NCBI GenBank assembly: GCA_963422645.2
Contig: CAXXVO010000008.1
Coordinates: 64,001-128,000 of the forward strand
DNA: 64,000 nt
Reading direction: 5' to 3'
Source of the DNA: Alphaproteobacteria bacterium
GTDB taxonomy: Bacteria; Pseudomonadota; Alphaproteobacteria; UBA828
In this document: positions 47,175-58,378 of the stretch, one piece after another
How the letters are laid out: each line of letters begins with the position of its first letter
Numbering within the stretch: the first letter of the stretch is position 1
Notes under the pieces: generated by a model
Database searches by the model: none
Seen by the model: only the letters and a program-made list of their open reading frames with translations
Told to the model about the DNA's origin: nothing
Position numbers and translations under genes: made by a program

Positions 47175-48605
47175 CTAGGAGCGGGCGCTGACGGCGGGGT
47201 CGTGGGCCGGGTCGAGGCCGCGGATGACGGTGCAGGGCATCGGTGCCGTCCGCAGCTTCTCGCACGCACGATTGGCGTCGTTCTTGTAGAGGCCCAGAAA
47301 GCGCGCCCGATAGAGGGTGCTGCGGCCGTCGGTACGAGGCGTGAGCGTCGCCGCCGCATCGTTGAGGAGCGGCGCGCGCGCCGACGCCCGGCGCATAGCG
47401 ATCTCTGCCGCTGTCACCGACTCATAGGAGCCCACCTGGACCCCCCAGGGGCCATCCACAGTCGACGCAGCCGCAGCCTTCTTTGCCGACGATGACTCGG
47501 TCGCGATCACCGAGTCCACGACCGCGAGCGTCGCGGCCACGGACTTCGACGGCGGGGGCAAGGGTCCCGAAACGACCTCGACCGGCTCGAGCGCCGGGCG
47601 CGGAGCCTGCGATGGGCTCTCGATCGGCTCGGCCAGCGGCGCCGCCGCACCCTCGGCCAGCTCGGGCGGCTGGGCCGCCGCAACCATGATCGCCGCCGGT
47701 TTAAATCGTGTTGCCGGCGCGGCCAATCCGGAGCCGGCGGGTGGGCGCGGAATGCCCGCGTAGCGGACGCGGCCGCGCTTGGCGTCGTTCTCGGCAATTC
47801 GCGTGAAGCCGAGGTCGAGGAGGTTGGCCATGTGGGCATTGCGCGAGTTCGGCGTCTTGCCGCCGAAGACAACCGCGATGACGCGCCGGCCGTCGCGTTC
47901 CGCCGAGGCCACGAGGTTGAAACCCGAGGCGCGGATATAGCCGGTCTTGATGCCGTCCATGCCGCGATAGCGGGCGAGCAGCTTGTTCGGCGTGCGATGC
48001 ACCCTGCCCTTGTAGCTGAAGCGCTGGTCGTCGAAATAGTGGTAGCGGTCCGGGAAGTCCCGCATCAGGGCTTGGGCGAGCCGCGACATGTCTCGCGCCG
48101 TGCTGCGCTGCTTCCGGTTCGGCAGCCCGGACGCATTGCGGAAGGTGGTTCGGGACATGCCGAGCTCTTGTGCCTTCCTGGTCATTATCCTGGCGAACTC
48201 GATTTCGGTTCCGCCCAGCGCCTCGGCGACCACCACGGCGATATCGTTGGCCGATTTTACGATCAGCGACTTGATCGCGTCCTCAGCACGGATCGTCGAG
48301 CCGGCACGCAATCCGAGCTTGGAGGGTGACTGCCCCGCCGCCCGCTTCGGGACCTTCAGCTTGGAGTCGAGGCTGAGCTTCCCCTCGTCGATTGCCTCGA
48401 AGAGCAGATAGAGGGTCATCATCTTGGTCAGCGACGCCGGGTATCGGCGTACGTCGGCGCTGCGGGAGCGCAGGACTTCGCCGGTCTCGGCATCGATGAC
48501 GATGGAGGCGTAGCGCGCCTGCGCCTCCTCAGCAGAGAAAACCTGCGATATGACGAGGATACAGAGCACGAGGACGAGACCGAGGGCGGCCGTACCGGGA
48601 CGCAT
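47175..48605 (-). CDS. D-alanyl-D-alanine carboxypeptidase (S11) with C-terminal SPOR-like domain
   Basis: PASLTKMMT, SAN, KTG; C-terminal WGVQVGSY...ACEKL. Confidence 0.9.
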   Translation of the reverse strand: MRPGTAALGLVLVLCILVISQVFSAEEAQARYASIVIDAETGEVLRSRSADVRRYPASLTKMMTLYLLFEAIDEGKLSLDSKLKVPKRAAGQSPSKLGLRAGSTIRAEDAIKSLIVKSANDIAVVVAEALGGTEIEFARIMTRKAQELGMSRTTFRNASGLPNRKQRSTARDMSRLAQALMRDFPDRYHYFDDQRFSYKGRVHRTPNKLLARYRGMDGIKTGYIRASGFNLVASAERDGRRVIAVVFGGKTPNSRNAHMANLLDLGFTRIAENDAKRGRVRYAGIPRPPAGSGLAAPATRFKPAAIMVAAAQPPELAEGAAAPLAEPIESPSQAPRPALEPVEVVSGPLPPPSKSVAATLAVVDSVIATESSSAKKAAAASTVDGPWGVQVGSYESVTAAEIAMRRASARAPLLNDAAATLTPRTDGRSTLYRARFLGLYKNDANRACEKLRTAPMPCTVIRGLDPAHDPAVSARS

Positions 48606-48790
48606 TATTCTTCTTCTTCGCCGTGATCCCACGTCCGCCCCGCCACCCCCAGCGAATCGACTCAACATCCTTTATGTGTTCCAACTGGCGAGTTCGTCAA
48701 GAACGGCTTGTGAAAAAAGTTCTGGAAGTCTTTGATTCGGCGGAATCTCTGGCTCGCCGGGACGCACGAAAAAGCTGTGGGAAACGCTTG

Positions 48791-50185
48791 CTAGAAGTCG
48801 GGCGGCTCGATGCCGCTCGCGCGCAGTTGGAACGCGAGATCGTCCTTCAGCCGGTTCAAGGCGGCATCGTTCGCGCCCTCGCAGCGGGCCACCAACATGG
48901 GCTGCGTGTTCGATGCACGCAGCAGCCACCAGCCCTCTTCGGTCTCGGCTCTCACCCCGTCGATGGCGGAGAAGGTGGCGCCCGCGGCGCTGAGCCGGGC
49001 GCCGATCTCGTCGGCGACCTGGAACTTGCGCGCGTCCGGGCAGGGGAAGCGGACCTCGGGCGTGCTGACCCTGCGCGGCAGTTCAGCCCGCAATGAGGCG
49101 AGCGAGCGCCCCTCGCCGGCGATCAGCCGCAGAAGGCGGAGAGCGGCATAGAGGGCGTCGTCGAAACCGTAGTAGCGGTCGGCGAAAAAGATGTGGCCGC
49201 TCATCTCGCCTGCGAGCGGAGCACCGAGCTCCGCCATCTTCGCCTTGATCGGCGCGTGCCCCGTGCGCCACATCAAGGGCGTGCCGCCGAGGCGGGCGAT
49301 CTCGTCGAACAGGACGCTGCTCGCCTTTACATCGCCGATGACGGTTGCACCCGGTCGCTCGTGCAGCACTTCGCGGGCGAGCAATGCCACGAGCTGATCG
49401 CCCCAGAGGATCACGCCGTCGCCGTCCACGACCCCGATACGGTCGCCGTCGCCATCGAAGGCAATGCCGAGATCGCAGCGCTCGGCGCGCACCGTCTCGA
49501 TCAGCTGCACCAGGTTCTCTGGTACCGTGGGGTCCGGATGGTGGACGGGGAAGGTTCCGTCGACCTCATCGTTCAGCAGGATATGGCGGCCCCGGAGGCC
49601 GCTCGCAAGCGCGCCGAGCACCGCGCCGGCGGCGCCGTTGCCGGCATCCCACGCCACGGTGAATGGTTGTTCTACCGCTTCGGCGAGGAGGCGCGCGACA
49701 TAGGCATCGCGGACCTCATCGGCTTCTGTCACCCTTCCGGTGCCCTCGGCGAATGCGCCGTCCTTTACGACCTGTGCCAGCGCTTCGATATCGGCGCCGT
49801 AGAAGGGCCCACCGCCCAGCACCATCTTGACGCCGTTGTAGGCGGGCGGGTTGTGGGAGCCCGTGATCATCATGCCGCCGTCGCATTGGCGGTCGTGGAC
49901 GGCGAAATAGAGCATCGGACTCGGACCAACGCCGATACGGAACACGTCGGCGCCGGCATCGGTCAATCCTTCGACCAGATAGGCCTGGAGGTCGGGCGAG
50001 CTCAGCCGGCCATCGCGCCCAACGCAGATAAGCGGTCGTCGGATGGCGGTGCAGCGGTACCGCGCGATGGTGGCGAAGCCCAGGCCGACGGCGGTCATGT
50101 CGGCCCCGGTCAAGGTCTCACCGACGATGCCCCTGATGTCGTAGGCGCCGAGGATCGCCGGGTCGAGCGCGTGCCCCGCGCTCAT
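48791..50185 (-). CDS. Phosphomannomutase/phosphoglucomutase
   Basis: YDIRG, TGSHNP, FDGDGDR, GEMSGH, RASNTQP. Confidence 0.94.
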   Translation of the reverse strand: MSAGHALDPAILGAYDIRGIVGETLTGADMTAVGLGFATIARYRCTAIRRPLICVGRDGRLSSPDLQAYLVEGLTDAGADVFRIGVGPSPMLYFAVHDRQCDGGMMITGSHNPPAYNGVKMVLGGGPFYGADIEALAQVVKDGAFAEGTGRVTEADEVRDAYVARLLAEAVEQPFTVAWDAGNGAAGAVLGALASGLRGRHILLNDEVDGTFPVHHPDPTVPENLVQLIETVRAERCDLGIAFDGDGDRIGVVDGDGVILWGDQLVALLAREVLHERPGATVIGDVKASSVLFDEIARLGGTPLMWRTGHAPIKAKMAELGAPLAGEMSGHIFFADRYYGFDDALYAALRLLRLIAGEGRSLASLRAELPRRVSTPEVRFPCPDARKFQVADEIGARLSAAGATFSAIDGVRAETEEGWWLLRASNTQPMLVARCEGANDAALNRLKDDLAFQLRASGIEPPDF

Positions 50186-51498
50186 GGCGAGGCCGCCGGC
50201 CGGCCGACACTGACATAGCGAATGCCGGCACCGGCGACCTCGCTTGGCTCGTAGACGTTGCGGAGATCGACCATCAGCGGTGTCCTGAGCAGGCCCCTGG
50301 CGCGCTCCAGGTCGAGCGCCCTGAACTCGTTCCACTCGGTGAGGATGACGAGTGCGTCCGCATCCGTCATCGCATCGTAGGAGTCGTTGCACCAGACGAC
50401 GCCGTCGAGGAGGGCGCACGCTTCCTCCATGCCGGCGGGATCGAAGGCGCGGGCTTTGGCCCCCTGCTCGATGAGTCCCGGCAGGATCACGAGGCTCGGG
50501 CTCTCCCGCACATCGTCGGTGTTGGGCTTGAACGTGACTCCGAGCACAGCGATGGTCTTGCCCGCGACGGAGCCGCCGCAGGCCTGCACGATCTTGTCGA
50601 CCATCGCGACCTTGCGTGCGGTGTTCTTGCGCAGCACGGCCTCGACGATTTCGGACGGTGCGCCGGCTTCCTCGGCGATGCGGACGAAAGCTGCAGTGTC
50701 CTTGGGGAAACACGAGCCGCCGAAGCCGGGGCCTGCGTGCAGGAAGTAACGCCCGATGCGGCCGTCGAGGCCGATGCCCTTCGCGACGTCCTGAACATCC
50801 GCGTCGAGGCGCTCGCAGAGGTCGGCGATCTCGTTAATGAAGGTGATCTTGGTCGCGAGGAAGCAGTTGGCGGCGTACTTGATGAGCTCCGCCGTCTCCA
50901 GCGTGGTGAAGAGCACCGGAGTCTCGATCAGGAAGAGCGGCCGGTAGAGCGCACGCATCACCTCCCGCGCCCGCTCGGAGTCGACGCCGACGACGACCCG
51001 GTCGGGGCGCATGAAATCGCCGATCGCAGAGCCCTCGCGCAGAAACTCGGGGTTCGAGACGACATCGAACGCGGCATCGGGACGGCGCTCCCGAATGATG
51101 CGCGCGATCTCGCGCCCGGTGCCGACGGGCACCGTCGATTTCGTCGCAACGACGGTGTAGCCGTCGAGGGCGTCGGCGACCTGGCGGGCCGCCTCGAACA
51201 CGAAGGAGAGGTCGGCATGGCCGTCGCCGTGCCGGCTGGGCGTGCCGACCGCCAGCATCACCACATCGGCTTCCGCCACAGCGTCTGCAACGTCTTCGGT
51301 GAAGGAGAGGCGGCCGGCGGCGGCGTTGGCGGCGACCAGCGTCTCCAACCCCGGCTCGTAGATCGGCACCCGACCCGCGCGGAGCGCCGCGACCCTCTCC
51401 GGCGCGGCATCGGCGCACGTCACGGCGTGGCCGAACTCCGAAAAGCACGCGGCCGACACCAGGCCGACGTATCCGGCACCAATCATTGCAACGCGCAT
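50182..51498 (-). CDS. ugd: UDP-glucose 6-dehydrogenase
   Basis: GAGYVG, KSTVPVGT, NPEFLREG, GFGGSCFPKD. Confidence 0.95.
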   Translation of the reverse strand: MRVAMIGAGYVGLVSAACFSEFGHAVTCADAAPERVAALRAGRVPIYEPGLETLVAANAAAGRLSFTEDVADAVAEADVVMLAVGTPSRHGDGHADLSFVFEAARQVADALDGYTVVATKSTVPVGTGREIARIIRERRPDAAFDVVSNPEFLREGSAIGDFMRPDRVVVGVDSERAREVMRALYRPLFLIETPVLFTTLETAELIKYAANCFLATKITFINEIADLCERLDADVQDVAKGIGLDGRIGRYFLHAGPGFGGSCFPKDTAAFVRIAEEAGAPSEIVEAVLRKNTARKVAMVDKIVQACGGSVAGKTIAVLGVTFKPNTDDVRESPSLVILPGLIEQGAKARAFDPAGMEEACALLDGVVWCNDSYDAMTDADALVILTEWNEFRALDLERARGLLRTPLMVDLRNVYEPSEVAGAGIRYVSVGRPAASP

Positions 51499-51538
51499 CG
51501 CGATGTACCTCGATACAAAACGCCTGTGGCGATCCGCC

Positions 51539-52417
51539 CTACGAGGAGGGCGTCGCCTCACTCATGAAGGTCAACAGATCCTGTCTCAACTCCGGCCGTT
51601 CCAGGGCGCCGGCAATCGTCGCCTGCAGGTAACCGGCCGGGCTGCCGCAATCGAAGCGCCGACCGGTGAAGCGCACGCCGTGGAAGGGCTCCTCGCGCAC
51701 CATCGCAGCCATGGCGTCGGTCAGCTGAATCTCGCCGCCCGCGCCCGGCGGCTGCGCGGCAAGCCGCGCGAAGATGCCCGGTTGCAGGATGTAGCGGCCG
51801 ATGAGCGCGAGACGTGACGGTGCGTGCTCAGGATCGGGCTTCTCCGCCATGCCCGATATGGTGACGGTCTGCCCCTCCTCGGCCGCGACCTCGACGATTC
51901 CGTAACGTCCGGTCTCGGCCTGCGGCACCTCGGCAAGCGCCACGACGCTTCCTCCCGACTTGCCGTAGACCGCGACGAGTTCCGCGAGACAGGGCGGGGC
52001 GCCGAGGAGAAGCTCGTCCGGAAGCAGCACCGCAAAGGGCTCGTCACGCACCAGATCGCGCGCGCAGAGGACGGCATGGCCGAGCCCGAGCGGTTCCTCC
52101 TGACGCACGAACCTGGCGGCGCCAGGCTCAAGCACGGCACTCGCGGCGGCCGCCAAGGCAGCATTGTCACCCCGCGCCTCAAGATGGGCATCGAGCGCCG
52201 CGTCACGCTCGAAATGGTCCTTGATCGCCGCCTCGCCCCGGCCGGTGACGAAGATGAATTCTTCGATCCCCGCGGCCCGCGCCTCTTCGACCGCGTACTG
52301 AATCAAGGGCTTGTCGACCACCGGCAACAACACCTTGGGCACTGCCTTGCTTGCGGGCAGGAATCGCGTGCCCATGCCGGCGACGGGGAGCACGGCCTTC
52401 CTCACCGATATGGGCAT
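51539..52417 (-). CDS. galU: UTP--glucose-1-phosphate uridylyltransferase
   Basis: PVAGMGTRFLPASK, QEEPLGLGHAV, EKP, GEIQLTDA. Confidence 0.93.
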   Translation of the reverse strand: MPISVRKAVLPVAGMGTRFLPASKAVPKVLLPVVDKPLIQYAVEEARAAGIEEFIFVTGRGEAAIKDHFERDAALDAHLEARGDNAALAAAASAVLEPGAARFVRQEEPLGLGHAVLCARDLVRDEPFAVLLPDELLLGAPPCLAELVAVYGKSGGSVVALAEVPQAETGRYGIVEVAAEEGQTVTISGMAEKPDPEHAPSRLALIGRYILQPGIFARLAAQPPGAGGEIQLTDAMAAMVREEPFHGVRFTGRRFDCGSPAGYLQATIAGALERPELRQDLLTFMSEATPSS

Positions 52418-52509
52418 TTCTAGGACCTCGCCGCGCCGACGGAGAGCTGTGGAGGCGGCGGTGTGCCACGGCGCCTGCAGCGCGGCAAGCGAGCCCGGCG
52501 CCGCATGGC

Positions 52510-53256
52510 TCAACCGCCGAGCAGCAGCTCCTTCGCCTGGTTGATCTTGGCCGCGAGATAGTTGGAGCCGCCGTGATCGGGGTGGATCTTGCGCATGAGC
52601 GTGCGGTGCGCTTCCTTGATCTCCTCCGCGCCGGCACCGGGCTGGAGGCCGAGGATCTCGTAGGCCTCCTCGCGAGTCATCGGCGTGCGGCCGGCGCTGG
52701 CCCTCTTGCGGCCCCAGCCCTGGCCCGTGCTGGCGCCAGCGCTGCGTTCGCGCTCGGCCTCTGCCTCGGCGCGCTCGCGCCAGTCGGGGCCGAGGGTGCG
52801 GTCCATGTAGGCCTCCAGCAGCCGCCGGCCCTCTTCGTCCCGCAGGCTGCATTCGTCGAAGAGGTCCAGAAGCTCGTGTTCCCCGAGCTCGTCGAGCCGA
52901 CGCCCGGTATGGCGCCCCTGCAGCACCGTGCCCTCCATCTCGCCGCTGTCGTGGTCCAGGGTCATGCGCAGATAGGGGGTCTCGACATCCGAGCGTTGGC
53001 CGGCCGTGGGATTCGGGTTCATCCGGCCTGCAGCCATGCGGCCCAAGAACCAGGGCAGCCCGGTAAGCGCGAGCGGCAGGAAGGCGAGATGCGCCTTGCC
53101 TGTCACGCCGAGGAAGATCGTGGCGGCGGCGCCTGCGGCGATGAAGCCCCACTTGACCCATTTCGCGAGTTTCGAGGGATTGGCCGTGGCGAACCAGCGG
53201 CTGAGAAACACAACCAGCACCAGGAGCGCGAGCCCGAGAAGGACGTAGGCGACCAT
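52510..53256 (-). CDS. Membrane-anchored DnaJ-domain protein
   Basis: N-terminal TM segments; C-terminal [18 protein letters not shown]. Confidence 0.88.
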   Translation of the reverse strand: MVAYVLLGLALLVLVVFLSRWFATANPSKLAKWVKWGFIAAGAAATIFLGVTGKAHLAFLPLALTGLPWFLGRMAAGRMNPNPTAGQRSDVETPYLRMTLDHDSGEMEGTVLQGRHTGRRLDELGEHELLDLFDECSLRDEEGRRLLEAYMDRTLGPDWRERAEAEAERERSAGASTGQGWGRKRASAGRTPMTREEAYEILGLQPGAGAEEIKEAHRTLMRKIHPDHGGSNYLAAKINQAKELLLGG

Positions 53257-53306
53257 CGTGGGGGCAGTCTAACGGATCGGGCGGCAGGTGCGCGGGTTGG
53301 GCGGGC

Positions 53307-54017
53307 TCATTTTATCTGATGGGCGATCTGTAACACCGCCTCACCGCGCTCACGGCTGTAGTCCCTGAGCGCCCTGCGCCCGCCGGCGGCGTAGACCGCA
53401 ACCGCGCCGAGCAGCTCCTTGAGCTGGCGCGCGCTCGACGCATCGAAGCGCAGATAGGCGCCGTTGGTGAGCCTGGCGATCTGGCGAAAGGCCAAAGATG
53501 CCCCCGGGTCCGGGCCCTCATGGAACATGAAAGCGGGAACCCCGCGCAAGCCCAGCTCGCCGGCGATGGCGCAGAGCTCGTCCACGTTCTCTTCCATGGC
53601 ATCGCCGACGAAGACCAGCGCGTGGACCCGCTGCGCCTGGGTCTCGTCCAAGGCGTGGCGCAGCACCTTGCGAATCTGGGTGTGGCCGCCGAGGCAGTGG
53701 ACGGCAGTCATGACGCGCACCAGAGCACGCGAATCCTGCACCCACTTGCTCGCCCGGCACTCGCCGAAGCCGCGGTAGTAGACAAGCTGTACCGAGAGCC
53801 CGCCGAGGGAGGCCGTGGCGTCGAACATCTCCCCCTGGATCTGGCAGGCGCGATCCCATGTCGGCTCCCGGCTCGCCGTCGCATCCATCGCAAAGATGAG
53901 GCGTCCGGTCTCGCCCTGCTTTAGTGGCGCGGGCGTCGTCGCGACCCGGCGCAGGAAGGCATCCACGCCAGCGCTGTCGCTCTGACCCTTTGTCGGTAGC
54001 TTCCGATCGCGGCTCAT
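53307..54017 (-). CDS. VWA-domain protein
   Basis: FAMDATASR MIDAS motif, FVGDAMEE; paired with the DnaJ protein. Confidence 0.85.
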   Translation of the reverse strand: MSRDRKLPTKGQSDSAGVDAFLRRVATTPAPLKQGETGRLIFAMDATASREPTWDRACQIQGEMFDATASLGGLSVQLVYYRGFGECRASKWVQDSRALVRVMTAVHCLGGHTQIRKVLRHALDETQAQRVHALVFVGDAMEENVDELCAIAGELGLRGVPAFMFHEGPDPGASLAFRQIARLTNGAYLRFDASSARQLKELLGAVAVYAAGGRRALRDYSRERGEAVLQIAHQIK

Positions 54018-54034
54018 CGCAGGTTCCCCCTCTA

Positions 54035-54982
54035 CTATATGGGGGTGATCGGGAGCCGCGCCAGACGCTCGGTCAACATGGCGAAGATGCCGTCCGCATC
54101 GACCCGCTGCAGCACGTGGGCGTTGGCGGCGGCGGCGGTGCGGCCGTGGAGATCGCACACCGTCCGCCCGAAGCAGTTGCCGTCGTTGAGCTCCACATCG
54201 ACACGCATGTCGCGGCCCTCGAAGAGATCCGGCGCCAGAAGATACGCGATCACGCAGGGATCGTGCATGGGCGCGCCGTGGTGATAGGCCTCGATGTTCT
54301 TCTCACCATACAGGTCGAGCATTCCGCAGACCGCTGCCGCCGGCGCGGTGCCGAGCGCGCGGATCGCCTCCAGCCGGGGCGGCGTCGCAATCGCCTGATG
54401 GGTGACGTCGAGACCGATCATGGTGAGCGGCACCCCCGCCTCGAACACCACGTGCGCGGCGTGGGGGTCGGCGTGGACGTTGAATTCGGCAGCCGGTGTG
54501 ACGTTGCCGAGTCCGATGGCACCTCCCATGGTCACGATCTCGCGGACGTTGGCGAGAAGCGCCGGATTCTTGACGATGGCGAGCGCGACATTGGTGAGGG
54601 GGCCGAGCGTCGCCAGCGTGACGGGTTCCTGCGCCGCCGTCAGCGTATCGACAAGAAAGTCCACCGCGTGGGCTGCTTCAGCCGGGCGGCTCGGCTCCGG
54701 CAGATCGGCGCCGTCAATCCCGGTCGGCCCGTGGATGTACTCGGCGGTCTCCGGCTCACGCACCATGGGCCGGGAGCAGCCGGCGTAGACCGGCACCTCG
54801 GGCCGGCCGGCGAGATCCCTGATCCGGCGCGCATTGCTCTCGGTCCGGGCGAGCGGCACGTTGCCCGCGACGGCGGTGATGCCGAGCAGTTCGAACTCCT
54901 CGGCGGAGGCGAAGGCCAGCAGCAGGGCGACGGCATCGTCCTGGCCGGGGTCGCAGTCGATGATTAGCGGTCGCGCGCTCAT
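54035..54982 (-). CDS. Nucleoside hydrolase (IUNH family)
   Basis: DCDPGQDD, GPLTNVA, AEFNVHADP, MHDP. Confidence 0.93.
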   Translation of the reverse strand: MSARPLIIDCDPGQDDAVALLLAFASAEEFELLGITAVAGNVPLARTESNARRIRDLAGRPEVPVYAGCSRPMVREPETAEYIHGPTGIDGADLPEPSRPAEAAHAVDFLVDTLTAAQEPVTLATLGPLTNVALAIVKNPALLANVREIVTMGGAIGLGNVTPAAEFNVHADPHAAHVVFEAGVPLTMIGLDVTHQAIATPPRLEAIRALGTAPAAAVCGMLDLYGEKNIEAYHHGAPMHDPCVIAYLLAPDLFEGRDMRVDVELNDGNCFGRTVCDLHGRTAAAANAHVLQRVDADGIFAMLTERLARLPITPI

Positions 54983-55459
54983 TGCAGGGCCGAATCATAC
55001 CTAGCAGCGCGCGCGCCGGATAGTGCCCGAGATTGGGAGTGTGCGCCGGGCTCCGCGTGGCCGCGCGGTGCATCGTGTCGCGGGCATGGGCACGCGATGT
55101 CCATGCTCAAGTCACGGACATTGAGACGGCAGTTCAGGCGTGTCTAGTCCGGAGGGACGTCCCGCAGGCGAACGAAGCTATTGCCGTTGCCGGCAAGCCC
55201 GCAATCACCATCGCTCGCGCGATCCGACACATCATCGTCGACGCGCTGCGGGTCGACCGCATCGGCTGGAAAGGGAGTGAAGCGATGGCCCTGGGTGAGC
55301 CGACTGGTGTAGTCAACGCCCTTCCACCAGGCGGCCGCCGCTTCGCGCACGGCGTTCCAATCCAGTTCGAAGCCCAGTCCCGGCCCGTCGGGGACGGGCA
55401 GCCTGCCGTCATGCAACGTCAGGTCGGGCTGCCTGACGATGTCCCAGGCGAGAAAATTG

Positions 55460-57339
55460 GTAACTGCCCAGGTCGTCTGATTTGTCATTTTGGGCCAGTG
55501 GATTGAGGCGTTTCTCGTTCGGAGTTGGTGGAAAGGGCTTGACGGGAATTTCGGGAAATGACTCAACAACGACATGAGCAATCCCGAGTCGCCGCGCGGC
55601 CCTTCGACGGGAGCAGCGCCCGAAACGCCCGCGCAGAAGATCGCCCGCCTGGAGGAGGAGAACGCCCGGCTTCGGGAGGAAAATGCCTGGCTTCGGCAGC
55701 AGAACGCGCGGCTGGAAGAGCAAGTCGCGCGTCTCGTCGAGCGCATCGAGGAGTTGGAGCGCCGTCTCGGCCTCAACAGCGGCAAGCCGCCTTCGAGCGA
55801 TGGGCTGAGGAAGCCGAATTCGAAGCGGCGAACCCGAAGCCTGCGCGGCAAATCGGGCCGCAAGCCCGGTGGCCAGCCCGGCCACAAGGGCAAGACGCTG
55901 CGCCGCGCCGATCACCCGGATCGGGTGAAGGATCACGTCCCGGCTTCCTGCAAGGGATGCGGTTCGCCGCTTTCGGACGCGGCCAGGGCGGGAACGCCCG
56001 TCGCCCGCCAGGTGTTCGATCTGCCCGAGCCGAGCCCCCTGGAGGTGACCGAGCACCGGGCGCATGCCAAGTGCTGCGGGCATTGCGGGACGGTGACCCG
56101 GGCGGCGTTCCCCGACGGGGTGTCGGCGCCGGTGCAGTACGGCCCGCGCATTGCCGGGGTGGCGGTCTACCTTCAGCACGCTCACTTCCTGCCGGAGGAT
56201 CGGCTGTCGCAGGTGATGGCCGAGCTCTTCGGCGCGCCGGTGACGGCTGCGACGTTGGCGACGATGAGCGAGAGGGCGGCCGAGCGGCTTGCGGGACGCG
56301 GCCTTGCACATACAGGACCTGGCGGCGGGCACGGCGCGGGTGAAACACATGGACGAGACCGGCTTGCGGATCGGCGGTCAGACGCAGTGGCTTCATGTGA
56401 TCTGCACGCCGCTGCTGGCGGCGTACCGGGTCAGCGGCAAGCGCGGCGCCCTGCTCTCGGGTGTCTCCGGCATCGTCGTGCACGATCACTGGAAGCCGTA
56501 CTTCGCGATGGAAGGGGTGGAGCACGGCCTGTGCAACGCCCATCACCTGCGGGAGTTGCAGGCGCTGGTGGACATCGAAGGGGAGGCTTGGGCCCGGCGG
56601 ATGCAGCAGCTCCTGCGCCGAGCCAATCGCGCCGCCCGCATCGCGCTGGACAAGGATATCGCCGTTCCGGCGAGGCTTGTGGCGCTGATCGAGCGCCGAT
56701 ACGACGAGATCATCGCCGATGCGCTGGCCTTTCACGAGAGCCAACCACCGTTCTCGCCTGGCAAGAGGAAGAAGCGCCGGAAGCGAAGGATCGGTCACAA
56801 TCTGGCCTTGAGGCTGCGCGACCACAAATGCGCGGTGCTCCGGTTCCTGATCGACCTCGAGGTCGGGTTCACGAACAACGAGGCCGAGCGCGACCTTCGG
56901 ATGATGAAGCTGCGCCAGAAGATCTCCGGGGGCTTCCGGTCCGCGCAGGGGGCCGAGAACTTCGCCATCCTGCGCAGCGTCATCACCACCGCCAGAAAGC
57001 AGGGCTGGAATATCATCGAAGCCCTGACCAGCCCATCGGATCGGCTCATCGCCACCGTCAAGTGCGCGTAAGCTCACCTGGCACGGGTTCTCCAACAGCG
57101 GAGCCATTCTCATAAACGATCATGGTCGACGCCGTGCTGGACCACCCCATAGAATGAAAATCGGTGCCCGTCGCGCGGGCGGACTTCGGGCCACATCGGG
57201 GTAGCTTACCGGTCGCAGTCCGCAAGAGGGGCATCGTGAGCTGTGAAACCCGGCGACCCCAGAGGAGCACACGGGCGTCGCGTGGGTAGCGTTGTGCCGA
57301 ATCCCAGAGAATTTTCACAGCAAGAACCTGGGCAGTTAC
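55460..57339 (+). mobile_element. IS66-family element, copy 3 (1880 bp; 9-bp in-frame deletion)
   Basis: Same TIRs; TSD GAAAATTG at 55452-55459 and 57340-57347. Confidence 0.95.
55574..57071 (+). pseudogene. IS66 transposase with the same +1 frameshift (near 56288)
   Basis: Split ORFs equivalent to copies 1 and 2. Confidence 0.85.
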
Positions 57340-58378
57340 GAAAATTGTTCATGTACTGGTTGCCATCGTCCAGATTGGGGGTCACCGCTGCCGCGTGGGA
57401 CGCCGCCGCCGTGGTAATTCCCGTCTCGTGTAGTCCGTGGATGCAAACATCGATATTGGCCGCCTCTGCGATGTGCGCCACCTTGCAGAAGCGCAGCAGG
57501 CCCCCGGTCTCGTGCAGGCCGACGACAATCAGGTCGGCCGCGTGCAGGCGGCAGACGTCGAAGGCGTCGCCCAGCGCAATGACACCCTGGTCCGCCGCAA
57601 TCGCAACCGGGCTTCCGGCCCGGACCCGCGCCAGCGCCTCGACGCTCTCCGAATCGATCGGTTGCTCCACGACCTCGATGTCAAACAGGGAAAGCCTTCG
57701 CATCATGCGGGTGGCCCGAACGGGGTGCCAGCGCCCGCTCGGGTCGAGACGCAAGCGTTTGTCGGGTCCGATGGCGGCCCGGACCCGGGCCACGACCTCG
57801 GCGTCCAGATCGTCGCCCCGCCCCACCTCGACGAAGATTACTTCGTGACCCGAGGCCGCGAGCCGTGCGGCCTCGCCTGCGGTTTCCTCGGCGGTTTCGC
57901 CTTGCGGGAAGCCGAAATAGCGCACTTCATCGCGCACCGCGCCCCCTAGCAGAGCATGGACGGGGCGGCGCACCGCCTTGCCCATGGCGTCCCACAGCGC
58001 CATCTCCAGCCCCGCGAGCGCCTTTCCCGCGAATTTGGAAGCTCTGCAAGCCTCTTCGCGCCCGAAGAGCGCGTTGTAGGCCTCGCCAATCAGGCGGGCG
58101 TTCTCGAAAGGACTGCGTCCAATACAAAAATCCGCCGCGAGCGATAGATGGGCACGAACGGCCTCGGCCGATGGCGTCGCGATCGACTCGCCGTATCCGA
58201 CCACGCCCTCGTCGGTATGGACCTCGACCAGAATTACCTCGGCGCCATGGGTGACGCCCTGAGACCAGTGAAAGGGTTGCTTGTAGGGAATCCAGAGCGG
58301 CGTCGTGACAACCTCGCTAATCTTCACGTCCTCATCCTCCGGCGCTCGGCTCCTTCGGTCATCTCGACCCAGTCTAGG

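Larger units (their letters stand above)
55144..58327 (-). pseudogene. Mandelate racemase/muconate lactonizing (enolase superfamily) gene interrupted by IS66 copy 3
   Basis: 5' part 58327-57340 (GLEMALWD, EQP, AADQ) rejoins in frame to 55459-55144 (PDGPGLGFELD). Confidence 0.85.

Noticed and set aside
52510-54017. VWA + DnaJ pair as a novel defence system
   Set aside because: A commonly seen alphaproteobacterial pair in a housekeeping context, with no mobile or defence signature here.
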